DNA from: Okamejei kenojei
Taxonomy: Eukaryota
Assembly: GCA_035221665.1 (NCBI GenBank)
Contig: CM069145.1
Location: 56,978,001 to 57,042,000 of the forward strand
Direction of reading: 5' to 3'
DNA length: 64,000 nucleotides
Part shown: piece after piece, positions 1 through 12,382 of the stretch
Numbering within the stretch: position 1 is the first letter of the stretch
Layout of the letters: the number at the start of each line of letters is the position of its first letter
Translations under genes and position numbers: made by a program
Notes under the pieces: generated by a model
The model's input: only the letters and a program-made list of their open reading frames with translations
What the model was told of the DNA's origin: nothing
Databases searched by the model: none

Positions 1-1617
1 TCAAAACTCCTTAGATTCTGGAGTAGTTCCTGCGGATTGGAGGGTAGCTAATGTAACCCCACTTTTTAAAAAAGGAGGGAGAGAGAAAACGGGGAATTAC
101 AGACCAGTTAGCCTGAGGATTGGCGGGTAGCAAATGTTCCTGAGGATTGGCGGGTAGCAAATGTAACCCCTCTTTTTAAGAAGGGAGGGAGAGAGAAAAC
201 GGGGAATTACAGACCAGTTAGTCTAACATCGGTAGTGGGGAAACTGCTAGAGTCAGTTATTAAAGATGGGATAGCAGCACATTTGGAAAGTGGTGAAATC
301 ATTGGACAAAGTCAGCATGGATTTACAAAAGGTAAATCATGTCTGACGAATCTTGTGGAATTTTTCGAGGATGTAACTAGTAGCGTGGATAAGGGAGAAC
401 CAGTGGATGTGGTATATCTGGACTTCCAGAAGGCTTTCGACAAGGTCCCACATACGAGATTAGTATACAAACTTAAAGCATACGGTATTAGGGGTTCAGT
501 ATTGATGTGGATAGAGAACTGGCTGGCAAACAGGAAGCAAAGAGTAGGAGTAAACGGGTCCTTTTCACAATGGCAGGCAGTAACTAGTGGGGTACCGCAG
601 GGCTCAGTACTGGGACCCCAGCTATTTACAATATATATTAATGATCTGGATGAGGGAATTGAAGGCAATATCTCCAAGTTTGCGGATGACACTAAGCTGG
701 GGGGCAGTGTTCGCTGTGAGGAGGATGCTAGGAGACTGCAAGGTGACTTGGATAGGCTGGGTGAGTGGGCAAATGTTTGGCAGATGCAGTATAATGTGGA
801 TAAATGTGAGGTTATCCACTTTGGTGGCAAAAACAGGAAAGCAGACTATTATTTAAATGGTGGCCGATTAGGAAAAGGGGAGATGCAGCGAGACCTGGGT
901 GTCATGGTACACCAGTCATTGAAAGTAGGCATGCAGGTGCAGCAGGCAGTGAAAAAAGCGAATGGTATGTTAGCTTTCATAGCAAAAGGATTTGAGTACA
1001 GGAGCAGGGAGGTTCTACTTCAGTTGTACAGGGTCTTGGTGAGACCACACCTGGAGTATTGCGTGCAGTTTTGGTCTCCAAATCTGAAGAAGGACATTAT
1101 TGCCATAGAGGGAGTGCAGAGAAGGTTCACCAGACTGATTCCTGGGATGTCAGGACTGTCTTATGAAGAAAGACTGGATAGACTCGGTTTATACTCTCTG
1201 GAATTTAGGAGATTAAGAGGGGATCTTATAGAAACTTACAAAATTCTTAAGGGGTTGGACAGGCTAGATGCAGGAAGATTGTTCCCGATGTTGGGGAAGT
1301 CCAGGACAAGGGGTCACAGCTTAAGGATAAGGGGGAAATCCTTTAAGACCGAGATGAGAAAGGCTTTCTTCACACAGAGAGTGGTGAGTCTCTGGAACTC
1401 TCTGCCACAGAGGGTAGTTGAGGCCAGTTCATTGGCTATATTTAAGAGTGAGTTGGATGTGGCCCTTGTGGCTAAGGGGATCAGAGGGTATGGAGAGAAG
1501 GCAGGTACGGGATACTGAGTTGGATGATCAGCCATGATCATATTGAATGGCGGTGCAGGCTCGAAGGGCTGAATGGCCTACTCCTGCACCTAATTTCTAT
1601 GTTTCTATGTTTCTATG
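1..1617 (+). mobile_element. CR1 LINE (family A), 3' part of ORF2 with uninterrupted RT domain and 3' tail
   Basis: ORF 235-1518 has QHGF, YLDFQKAFDKV, GVPQGSVLGP, FADD and RPHLEYC motifs; 3' UTR ends in (TTCTATGT)n at about 1595-1617. Confidence 0.95.
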
Positions 1618-2837
1618 ATAAGGGAGAACCTGTGGATGTGTTATATCTAGACTTTCAGAAGGCTTTCGACAAGGTCCCACATTAGAGATTAGTATACAAA
1701 CTTAAAGCACACGGTATTGGGGGTTCAGTATTGATGTGGATAGAGAACTGGCTGGCCGACAGGAAGCAAAGAGTAGGAGTAAACGGGTCCTTTTCAGAAT
1801 GGAAGGCAGTGACTAGTGGGGTACCGCAAGGCTCAGTGCTGGGACCCCAGCTATTTACAATATATATTAATGATTTGGACGAGGGAATTGAATGCAACAT
1901 CTCCAAGTTTGCGGATGACACTAAGCTGGGGGGTTGCGTTCGCAGTGAGGAGGATGCTAGGAGGCTGCAAGCTGACTTGGATAGGCTGGGTGAGTGGGCA
2001 AATGCATGGCAGATGGAGTATAATGTGGATAAATGTGAGGTTATCCACTTTGGTAGCAAAAACAGGAGGGTAGACTCTATATCTGAATGGTGGCAAATTA
2101 GGAAAAGGGGAGATGCAACGAGACATGTGGGTGTCATGGTACACCAATCATTAAAAGTAGGCATGCAGGTGCAGCAGGCTGTGAAGAAAGCAAATGGTAT
2201 GTTAGCATTTATAGCGAAAGGATTTGAGTATTGGAGCAGGGAGGTTCTACTGCAGTTGTACAGGGTTTTAGTGAGACCACACCTGGAGTATTGCGTACGG
2301 TTTTGGTCTCCAAATCTGAGAAATTACATTCTTGCTATAGAGGGGGTACAGAGAAGGTTCACCAGACTGATTCCTGGGATGTCAGGACTTTCATATGAGG
2401 AAAGACTGGATAGACTTGGCTTGTACTCGCTAGAATTTAGAAGACTGAGGGGGGATCTTATAGAAATTCACAAAATTCTCAAGGGGTTGGATAGGTAGAT
2501 GCAGGAAGATTGTTCCCGATGTTGGGGAGGTCCAGAACAAGGGGTCACAGCCTAAGGATAAGGGGGAATTCCCTTAGGACCGAGGTGAGGAAAACATTTT
2601 TCACACAGAGAGTGGTGAGTTACTGGAATTCTCTGCCACAGAAGGTAGTTGAGGCCAGCTCATTGGCTATATTTAAGAGGGAGTTAGATGTGGCCCTTGT
2701 GGCTGAAGGGATCAGGGGGTATGGAGAGAAGGCAGATACAGGATACTGAGTTGGATGATCAGCCATGTACATATTGAATGGCGGTGCAGGCTCGAAGGGC
2801 CGAATGGCCTACACCTGCATCTCATTTCTATGTTTCT
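1618..2837 (+). mobile_element. CR1 LINE (family A), second 5'-truncated copy with frameshifts
   Basis: Starts at GEPVDV right after the first copy's tail; ORFs 1731-2498 and 2510-2749; same 3' UTR and TTTCTATGTTTCT end. Confidence 0.95.
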
Positions 2838-3997
2838 AAATTCTTCAGCATTGCAGGTCCCGAAGAGCACAGTGGCCTCTGTTATTCTTAAATGGAAGAA
2901 ATTTGAAACCACCAGGACTCTTCATAGAACTAGCCGCCCGGCCAAACTGAGCAATCGGGTAGAAGGGCCTTGGTCAGGAAGGTGTCCAAGAACCCGATGG
3001 TCAATCTGACAGAGCTCCAAGTTCCCCTGTGGAGATGGGTGAAAGTTCCAGAAGGACAACTATATCTGCAGCACTCCACCAATCAGGCATTTATGGTAGA
3101 GTGGCCAGACGGAAGCCACAGCTCAGTAAAAGAAACACGGCAGCCTCGCCAAAAAACACCTAACAAGATTCTCTGGTCTAATGAAACCAAGATAGAACGC
3201 TTTAGACTGAATGCCAAGCTTCACGTCTGGAGGAAACCAGGCACCGCTCATTACCTGGCCAATACCATTCCTACGGTGAAGCATGAGGGTTGCAGCATCA
3301 TGCTGTGGGGTTGTTTTTCAGCGGCAGGAACTGAGAGACTAGTCAGGATCGAGGGAAAGATGAACGGAGCAAAGTACAGCGAGATCCTTGATGAAAATCT
3401 GCTCCAGAGAGTTCAGGACCTCAGACTGGGGCAGCGGCTCACCTTCCAACATGACAACGACTCGAAGCACACAGCCAAGACAACGCAAGAGTGGCTTCCT
3501 GACAAGTCTGTGAATGTCCTTGAGTGGCCGAGCCAGAGCCCGGACTTGAACCCGATCGACTATATCTAGTGGGTCCTGAAAATATGTGTGCATCGATGCT
3601 CCCCATCCAACCTGACAAATGCCCCCCATCCAACCTGACAAATGCCCCCCATCCAACCTGACAGAGAGGATCTGTAGAGAAGAATGGGAGAAATTACCCA
3701 AATAAAGGTTTGCCAAGCTTGTAGCGTCATACCCAAGAAGACTTGAGGCTGTAATCGCTGCCAAAGGTGACTCAACAAAGTACTGAGTGAAGGGTCTGAA
3801 TACTTATGTAAATGTGTTATTTCAGTTATTTATTTTTAATTACTTTGCAAAAATTTCTAAACACCTGTTTTCACTTTTTTATTATGGAGTATTGTGTACA
3901 GATTGATGATAAATGAATTTAATCAATTTTAGAAAAAGGCTGAACGTAACAAAACGTGGAAAAGGTGAAGGGGTCTGAATATTTTCTGAATGCACTG
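2838..3997 (+). mobile_element. Tc1/mariner DNA transposon, 5'-truncated and degenerate, with right terminal repeat
   Basis: ORF 2970-3569 has ILWSNETK (catalytic D>N), [23 protein letters not shown] and [11 protein letters not shown]; internal direct repeats GGGTCTGAATA near 3792 and 3971; ends ...TGCACTG followed by TA; 22-bp unit repeated three times at about 3598-3663. Confidence 0.92.
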
Positions 3998-4287
3998 TAT
4001 ATGGAATAAATTGCCTGAGGTAATTGTTGAGGCAGGTACAATAATAGCATTTGGAAGGCATTTGCACAGGTACATGGATTGGATAGCTTTTGATGGAACT
4101 GGGTCAAATACGGGCACATGGCAGTTGTGTACATGGGGCATCGTTGTCAGCAGTGACAAGTTAGGGCGAATGGCTTGTTTCCATATTGTGTGACCCTATG
4201 TCTTGAATGATTCCTGATATGAGCTGTGGCCCATCGGCAATGATGGGCAAAAAGGAGTTCAGATGAATGATATTCTGAAAAGTATAG

Positions 4288-4502
4288 CAAGGAACTGCAG
4301 ATACTGGTTTCATCCGAAGATAGACACAAAATGTTAGAGTAACTCAGCATCTCTGGAGAGAAGGAAGGCAACATCTCGGGAGAGAAGGAAGGGGTAACGT
4401 TTCAGACTTGAAGAAGTGTCCCGACCCGTAACGTCACCCACTCCTTCTCTCCAGAGATGCTGCTTGTCGCACTGAGTTACTCCAGCATTTTGTGTTGTCT
4501 TT
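4288..4502. mobile_element. Foldback (inverted) Penelope terminal element with degenerate hammerhead core
   Basis: ACACAAAATGTTAGAGTAACTCAG arm inverted against CTGAGTTACTCCAGCATTTTGTGT arm; centre ...TTCAGACTTGAAGAAG... Confidence 0.75.
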
Positions 4503-5804
4503 GAGATTTTCAAAAGACTTGAGAGGGGACAGATAGGACCGTTTCCCATGGTTGTTCAGTCCGCAGCTGGGAACTTGGTCTCTGGGTTCCTGAAGTCCGA
4601 GATGGGGAGGAATTACTTTAGTGAAAGGATCGTAAGACATTAGATATACCTATTCTGACGAGTTGAGAATTTGGACAACAAGGAACCATAGAATGTCTGC
4701 AGAAAAGTAGAACTGATGTCAAAGATCAGATCAGCTGCAACCTTTTTTTGAATAGCCAAACAGTCCTGAGGTGGGACATGGTGAATACCTGTTATTAAAA
4801 TTTTCGTTGATATTGCAAACAAGAAAGAAGTAAAATAAACTGTTTTTCTTTAAGTTGTTCTTAAGATATTACAGAAACACATCTTCTAACTACTCAACCA
4901 TATTATAATTATAGAAACATGCAGCACAGAAACAGTCCCTTTCAAACCATCTCGTTCCTGCTGGCCATGTTGACAATTTGCCCAGATTAGTCTATCAAGT
5001 ACCCGATTCAAATACCTGACCAATATCTTTTAAATGATGTAAAGCCAATCTGTTGAGCAAGCTGATCTCACCAAGAATTAGCCAATTAACATTTTACAAT
5101 AGACAATGGGTGCAGCAGTAGGCCATTCGGCCCTTCGAGGCAGCATCGCCATTCAATATGATTATGGATGATCATGGCTTTACATTGAGAACATACATTC
5201 AGCTTAAAACTACGCTATAGGATCTATAAAGTATTTTGTCCTCCATTTGCACCACCAGGTTACTCTGTCTGTGCACTGGACTAATGGCGGCCTAAGAACC
5301 TATAATTCCCTTCAAGACAGCAACAATTGCATTCAGAACCCTAGTTCTCTCCACATGGTCGCCAGGAACATGTCGCATTCAGGGAAACTCACTGAACAAT
5401 CATTTTATGCAAAAGATCGCTTATTGGTGGTAAAGGAGGTGTGCTGCACCCACATGTCACCAGTTCACAGGGCATCGCGTTATTGATCTGGGAACCCATG
5501 CTCATTTGGCACTTGGTCCACAGACCGACTGGCTGCTGCTACGAGGCATGTCTGGACATTGTGATCCAATTGATGTAGACAGGACACAATCTGGCCCACT
5601 GAGCGTTCTGAGCGTTCCCACATGTCACCATTTCAAAGTGTAAAATATTCAAGCTCAGATGTTTGTTTTTCCCTCAGCCAATATACTAAGAGGGACTGCA
5701 GCTAAATTCCATCGCTCTGCACACCTTTTATATTCCTTCAATTAATTCCCTGCAGAAATTATATGGGCAATTCGTTTTATATCAAATGCAAAACCTGTTC
5801 ATGA

Positions 5805-6065
5805 GACCATAAAATATAGGAGCAGAACTACGCCAGTCAGCCCATCAAGTCTGCCCACCATTCAATCGTGGCTCATCAATGTTTTCCCTCTGTACTGCAT
5901 TGTCCCGTCTTCTCCCCGTAACATCTGACCCCCTTACAAATCAAGAACCTATGTACTCTACTTTAAAAATACCCAATGACTTGGCCTCCACAACCGTCTG
6001 TGGTAATACATTCCACAGATTTACCACCCGCTAGCTGAATAAATTATCTTCATCTCCATTGTAAG
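5805..6065 (-). mobile_element. CR1 3' end fragment
   Basis: Reverse complement resembles the CR1 ORF2 C-terminus and 3' UTR seen at 1380-1600. Confidence 0.7.
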
Positions 6066-7159
6066 ATTCACAGCTAGTCTTCGGACAGTAAAAACAATGC
6101 AAATGCTGAAATCTTGAGCATAAACGAAACAGACTGCTAGGGAAACAGTGGGTAAGGTAGGTAAACTGTGGACAGACGACATTTTGGATTAGGTGCCTTC
6201 TTCAGACTAAAGAATCGATTCTACACTGTTAGCTCTACTGAATTCCTCTAATAGTTTGCCTTTCACTCAAAACTCTCAGCTGCAGTCATTTGTGCCTCAC
6301 ACAAAGATAGATAATTGACATGCCTTGTTGTGGGACTAGATTAAATCACTCGTCTATCGTGTTGACAAATCAGCGTCTTCACAATGCATCTGCACCATTC
6401 ACCTGCTCCCAATGTGGGTAGGGATTCATTTCTCATCCATCCGACTGAGACAGCTGCAAATTCACTATTATTGGAGAGCATTTCAAGCCCTTGCTTGTAA
6501 GAAGAAATATAGAGCACAAGAGAGGTCCTGAAGCACTAATGTACTAACACGGAGAAAGATAATTTATTTGCTCCAATTCTGGAAAAGCATTGAATTTATT
6601 ATCCAATCTATGAGTACACCAGCGAGTTTGCACTGGGGAGAGGCCATTTACCTGCTTAAATTATTGGAAAGTGTTCACTCCGTCAACTACCAAAACACAA
6701 GAACATCATGAGAAGGACTGTAGAAATGCCCTGTGAACAGCGATTTAATCAATCAGGGCCCTTTGAGACATTAATTGTTGTAGTGAGTCAGGGTGTCAGA
6801 CAACCTCTCTGGAGGACATGTGTAGGTAACCTTTCAGGTGGGGACCCTTCTTCAAAGTCATTGTAGTGGGAGGGGGAAACTTCACCTATTGGTGTCCTCC
6901 AGAGATGCTGCCTGAACTGCTGAGTTTTTCGTGCACTTGTTTTTGTCTTTTTTGATAAACCAGCATCCGTGGATCCTTCACTCTCCTTTGAGGCAGTAGC
7001 ACATTCATCTTCGGGACAGGCCATTCACTTGCTCCATCTCTTGGGATTCACGCCTTTTCTCCACCAGACAAAGCAGTGTGATCCCAGTGAAAGAGGCCAT
7101 TCACTACTCTGAGTGTGTTGATTCACTCAGATATCCACTCGGAGATCTAATATCTCTAG

Positions 7160-7395
7160 ATCTTTAGAAATAGGCCTTTCGACTCACCGATTCCGTGCTG
7201 ACCAGCGAACACTTAAGCCAATTAACCTACAAATCTGTATGTCTTTGGAGTGTGGGAGGAAACCGGAGCTCCCGGAGAAAATCCACGTGGTCAATGGGAG
7301 AACGTACACATTTCTGAGACAGCACCCGAGGTCAGGATCAAACCCGGGTCTCTGACGCTGTAACGCAGCAACTATACCGCCAAACTACTGTGTCG
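7160..7395 (-). mobile_element. HE1/V-SINE (tRNA-derived)
   Basis: Reverse complement has tRNA-like head with GGGTTTGATCC B-box, TTTCCTCCCACACTCCAAAGAC core and CR1-like tail; matches the copy at 52148. Confidence 0.85.
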
Positions 7396-7424
7396 TACAA
7401 AGTCTAAAGACGAATGACCTGGAA

Positions 7425-7631
7425 TGTCAGCCTCAGAGGGAGGTGTAGGCAGGTTTTCTGGATGCTTTTAAGAGAGAGTTAGATAGGGATCTTAAAAATA
7501 GCGGAGTCATGGGATATGGGGAGAAGGCAGGAATGGGGTACTGATTGGGGATGATCAGCCATGATCACATTGAATGACGGTGCTGGTTCGAAGGGTCGAA
7601 TGGCCTACTCCTGCACCTATTGTCTATTGTC
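7425..7631 (+). mobile_element. CR1 3' end with (CTATTGT)n tail
   Basis: GGATATGGGGAGAAGGCAGG...GAATGGCCTACTCCTGCACCTATTGTCTATTGTC. Confidence 0.85.
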
Positions 7632-7747
7632 ACCTATCCAGGTGAAATAATCCAGACGCCGCCTGGTTAGCTGAGTTATTCCAGCACTTTGTGATTTACA
7701 TAATATTCCAACACCTGCAATTCCTCGTGTAACCATTTACATGCCTG

Positions 7748-8400
7748 AATAGAATAGATTAGAGCAGAATAGAACAGAATAGAATGGATTTTATTGTCAT
7801 TCAAACAGACAATGTTTGAAAGAAATTGTATTCCTGCAGTCATAACATTCCAAAAATCCAAGACACTCACTTAACACAATTTACACAAACATCCATCACA
7901 GTGAATTTCCAACACCTATTCACTGTGATGGAAGGCAAAGTCTTATCTCTTCCCTTTGTTCTTCTCCCGCGGCCCAGCAGTCCAACTGCAGCGTCGAGGG
8001 TACTGGGGCTCACGATGTTAAAGCCCCTGGCGGGCGATGGTAAGTCCTGCGGCCGATTAAGCCGCGCCGGGCGATGTTAGGCCCCGCTCTGTGTCATTTA
8101 AACCCCGCGATTCCGGCGGGAGAAGTTGCCGTTACAGGAGCTCCGAAAAGCGGTCTCCCACCAGGGACCTGCGAGCTCCCGATGTTCCTGTTCATCGGGC
8201 CTGCGACCGGAGTCTCTGATGCTCCGAAGTCGGGTTGCAGCCGCGCGCCACCACAGCTCTCCGCGCTCCGAGGTCGGCCAGCTCCGCGATGGCGAGTCCG
8301 CAGGCTCCGCGAATGGAGCCCTCAGGTTGGTTGCGGTTGGAGGCCGCCGCCGGCTCCACGATGTTAGGCCCAACGACACCGGAGACCCGACAGGGAAAAC
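7748..8400 (-). mobile_element. GC/CpG-rich non-autonomous retroelement with microsatellite tail
   Basis: (AATAG)n tail, then CATCCATCACAGTGA...TCACTGTGATGGAAGGCAAA hairpin and GC-rich body; related copies at 14390, 25008 and 29298. Confidence 0.65.
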
Positions 8401-8904
8401 GTCGGTTCCCCGTTCAGGGAAGAGTTTATACGGTCCCGAAACAACATTCTTGTTCTCGAGACGCTGCCTGATCGGCTGTTACACATGTACTTTGTAGTTT
8501 TTTTGTAAACCAGCATCTTGTATCTTCATTTTAAGGTATCAGATTGCTTTAGGAATCTATATTATTTTCAACAACACGAAAAAGGTGTGTGTAATAAATG
8601 ATGTTGAATTGCAACTTTCACCTAATTCAGTTTCACAAAGGCATCGAGAGGCTGGGCAGCCTTTTCCTTTTCCTGCTGCTCAGTATAATTTAATGGGAGA
8701 AATTAAGTTTAAAATCAGAGCTTCAACAATAGAGCCCATTCCCAGTATGCATGCTGCGACACCTTGCTCCCTCTCAATGCATAAGAAGTCCATGCACCAC
8801 CCTAGACAGAGTACTGGACTCTGTAAAAGTGAGCATACATAGTCAAAAATGATCAGACATCCTCAGTTCAGAGGAAGAGTCCCTGACCATAAATATTATC
8901 TGTG

Positions 8905-9082
8905 TAAGAAATGCAAATACTGATTTAAACCGAAGATATACACAAAAATCTGGAGTAACTGAGCGGGACAGGCAGCATCTCTGGAGAGAAGGAATAGGCA
9001 ACGTTTCAGGTCGAGACCCATCTCGACCTGAAATGTCACCCATTCCTTCTATCCAGTTACTCCAGATATTTGTGTCTTATTT
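8905..9082. mobile_element. Foldback Penelope terminal element
   Basis: Inverted arms centred on ...TTTCAGGTCGAGACCCATCTCGACCTGAAA... Confidence 0.7.
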
Positions 9083-9164
9083 TCGATCAAAAATATAATT
9101 TGCTCCTTTTTTCACATGCTGCTAAAGTGGCTAATGGATTCAATTCTTCCAACATTTTCCAGAG

Positions 9165-9350
9165 CTGCAGTGGCGCATCTAATAGAGCTGCTGCCTCACA
9201 GAACCAGAGTCGCGGGATCTGACCAGACGTTAGATGCTGTCTGTGTGGGGTTTACGTGTTTTCCCCATGACTGTGTGGGTTTCCTCCCGGTGCTCTGGAT
9301 TAATTCTGCATCCCAAAATCATGCAGATGTGTACGTTAATTGGTCTTTAT
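9165..9350 (+). mobile_element. HE1/V-SINE, degenerate
   Basis: GTGGCGCA...GAGCTGCTGCCTCACAG head and GTGGGTTTCCTCCCGGTGCTC core. Confidence 0.7.
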
Positions 9351-10214
9351 TAAGTTTAGATTACGTTTATTATTGTCCCGTGTAGCAAGGTACATTGAAA
9401 GGATTCTGCTTCGTCCTATCCAGTCAGCGAAAAGACTACACATGATTACAATCAAGCCATCCACAGTGCATAGATACAGGATAAAGGTATAATGTTTAGT
9501 GCAAGATAAAGTCCAGATTAAACATAATTCAAAGGACTTCAATGAGGTATATGGGAGATCAGGATCGCTCTTCCGATTGGTGAGAGGACGGTTCAGTTGC
9601 CTGATAACAGCTGGGAAGAAACTGTCCTTAATGAAGAGGTAGGGATAAGAAAGTGGAATAACATAAAATTAGTATAAACAGGAGGTTGATGGCAAACATA
9701 GACTTGGTGAGCCAAAAGGTCCGCTTTCATCTTGTAATCATTTTTCCTTTTGTTTTTCCATATTCCTGCATTTGCAATTTTATTTGTGATTACAATGGTC
9801 TTGGACAAGTTTCTGCTATGCATTTAGCTCATATTTGGAAGGCCATTCAGTGCAACATTAGGTGTCTATGCAATTGCACATCCCCAATTATTTCCCTGCC
9901 ACCATTTCATTCCCACATGCCCAGTCATCTCCAACCAGATTTTACTGCCACTCACCTGCATTTGGGACAATTATGAATTCAATTAATCTACCAGCATATC
10001 GTTGGGACAGGAGAAGAAGTCAGAGCACCAGGGTGAAATTCACAGGGAGAACATTTAAACTGCGCAGTTTGCATCACTGGTCAAAATCAAATCAGTGTTG
10101 TTGAGACATCAGCACACTGTACCAGCCCTTTATTGTAAAGAAAGTTATAAAGATCCAAATATCTTTGCTGTCAAATCAATTTAATAAGTCAATAACACAG
10201 TGGATCTTCACATA

Positions 10215-10535
10215 TCCCCAGACGGGAACAATTTAACCCAAGCTGTTGAGCAAAACACGGCGGTTGAGCAGACTAGGGCTAAGCTTGCTGTACGGAGGGT
10301 GTGTGCATTGGATCACCAGCTGTTGCCTGCAAGTGTTCTGATGATGTTGACCCTTGCTTTCAGTTCATCAGCCACCCTCTTCGGGTATTCACAGTAGATG
10401 AGGGTGCGATCCAAGGTGACTCGGGGGTACTGGGGAAATTCTTCATTGATCGCCGGCTTTCCACGAAAGGACAGTCGGAGCTTTGCATTGGCGAGCCCAT
10501 TGCTGAGGTGCAAGGCCGTGACAGTTGTCTTAGAT
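10215..10535 (-). mobile_element. Vingi/Ingi-type LINE, RT C-terminal fragment
   Basis: Minus-strand HLSN..PQYPRVTLDRTL..LKARVNIIRTLAGNSW continuing NAHTLRTASLALVCSTA, like the PKYLGVTLDRTL..KLAGxxWGA..LRTSALAL signature. Confidence 0.65.
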
Positions 10536-11104
10536 GGGAAGTGTTTCTATTGTTTTAAACATAGAAAACGTTCAATCTATCCAAATGACTAATAGTACAC
10601 ATATGAACAAAAAAATAAAAAGATAGAGCAGATCGTTTAGCCTTGGTTCCCACTAAATATTCAATGAACAAAGGTTTGTACTTTAATGTAGTTTGCTATT
10701 ATTCAAGGGAACTGGCATAGTGGAGCTAGATCCAATGACATTCGACTCATTGCCCACAGTAGGACCGAAACGAGCACCCAGGCAGGCAGATGCACATCCG
10801 CTCACACGAACATTCACTCACAAGTCCACGGAGACACGCGTACGCACCACCATTATGCATCGGGGTAGCACGGGTTCCACGGTGTTATTTGGTAGCGATG
10901 CGACTGCCAATCGTTTCGAGTTCCAGGTGAATCGCATTAATTCATGATGTCAAAGGCCTGTTGCAGTACTTTTAATTGTTTTGATAATCAGAGACAATTA
11001 GAAACAATTAAGTCAATTTAAATTATTGAAGAGCTGAAAGCTTATTTTAAATATTTCTAAAATGTGTGGAGAAATGAAAATAAACAACCAAACTTAATTG
11101 ATAA

Positions 11105-11687
11105 AAACACATCTATTGATACTCCTGAACACATCATCAGTGATGTCACCTGGAGTCATTGGGACTTTCGTGTCTTTCAACATCAGACACCCTCACCCAG
11201 GCGACCCAGCCGTGGCTGAGTAGACCACGACGTGTTCAGGTGGCCTTCTCCGCTGCCTCTGTGGTGTTCTTGATGGCTCTTCTCCTCTCCATTCCGTTGA
11301 TGCTCAATACACTCAAGGCGTTGGAGAACGATTGCCCTGCAAAGCCTCTGCAGCCAACCTCGATGGGCGTACACCTTGCTTCCATCCCTGCTTACGGCAG
11401 TCTATGACCAGCTCTTCGTACTTGGTCCTCTTCCCCTCGTGGACCTCCTCCAGACGGTCCTCCCATGGCACTGTCAGTTCCAACAAGGCGATGTTTTTGG
11501 TCGCCTCCGAGACCAGGAGGATGTCTGGCCTCAGGGTTGTCGTGGCAATGTGCTGTGGGAACATCAGCTGTTTCACCAGGTTTACAGAATACTGCCAGTC
11601 CTGCGCAGTCGCCAGGATTCCTGAAGGATTCCTGGCTGCTATGATTCTTGGCAGCTGCACTCCGGCCTTCACGAAGATGATCATCTG
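11105..11687 (-). mobile_element. HERO/R2-superfamily non-LTR retrotransposon, 3' fragment with restriction-like endonuclease
   Basis: ORF 11313-11684 has LRPDILL..LLELTVPWED..KY..L..CRKQGW, followed after a frameshift by IEVGCRGF (PD-(D/E)xK motif). Confidence 0.8.
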
Positions 11688-12382
11688 GTGGCTATTGTTA
11701 TAGGACTGATCAGTACCGTGAGTTTCGTAAAATAAATCCTATGTACATTGCACTTGAACAATTATATATAATTAATAATATACCATGGTACTGCAATTTA
11801 CGACCAAGCTTTTATACAGACTTATTGGACAGCGTACAATTGACTGATCATATCTTAAATCCGTGTTCTCCCTTTCTTCTGATGTTACTACTCAATGCTC
11901 TCACCATCAGGCACATTCTCGCAGCTTACAAAACTCGCCGGAGACTGCGGGTCCAGAGCAACTGAGAGAAACAGAGAGACCCCGAGGTGGAGAGCCGGAG
12001 AAAGTCCATTATTTTATTCTTCACTATATACGAGAGTTTCATGCTATTATGGACAACTTATATTGTACATTTTTCATATGTGCGAATTGCGAAGAGCAAT
12101 TATTCGGTGGGCACCAATCCCGTAACCCAAGATGCATTCTCCAGGGTAGACAAAAATGCTGGAGAAACTCAGCGGGTAAGGCAGCATCTTTGGAGCAAAG
12201 GAAATATGCAACGTTTCGGACCGAAACCCTTCTTCACACGCATTCTCCAGGAAACGGGAGTCATGTTGCAACTCTATAGCTCCTGCACAAACACGTGTAC
12301 CTGTGCAGGCACTCAGAGGAGGTTTAGAGGGGAATTCAAAAAAGGGTTGAAATACCCATTGACACTGATTAGTAAAAAATAA
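11688..12382 (+). pseudogene. GPR139-like class A GPCR pseudogene, TM4-TM7 only
   Basis: Collinear with 19186-19799 (PWYCNL, DHILNPC.PFLLMLLLNALT.RHIL, RKSI, CTNTC..AGTQ..FR); TGA at 11963-11965; frameshifts; inserted element; 5' half missing. Confidence 0.88.
12146..12239 (-). mobile_element. Penelope terminal fragment inserted in the GPCR pseudogene with a 12-bp target-site duplication
   Basis: GCATTCTCCAGG at 12134-12145 and 12240-12251 flanks the 94-bp insert. Confidence 0.85.

Noticed and set aside
7897-7927. Paired CACAGTG/CACTGTG heptamers as RSSs (similar motifs near 14524, 25156 and 29835)
   Set aside because: No nonamer at 12 or 22/23 bp in the copy examined; the motifs form the hairpin of a dispersed repeat.
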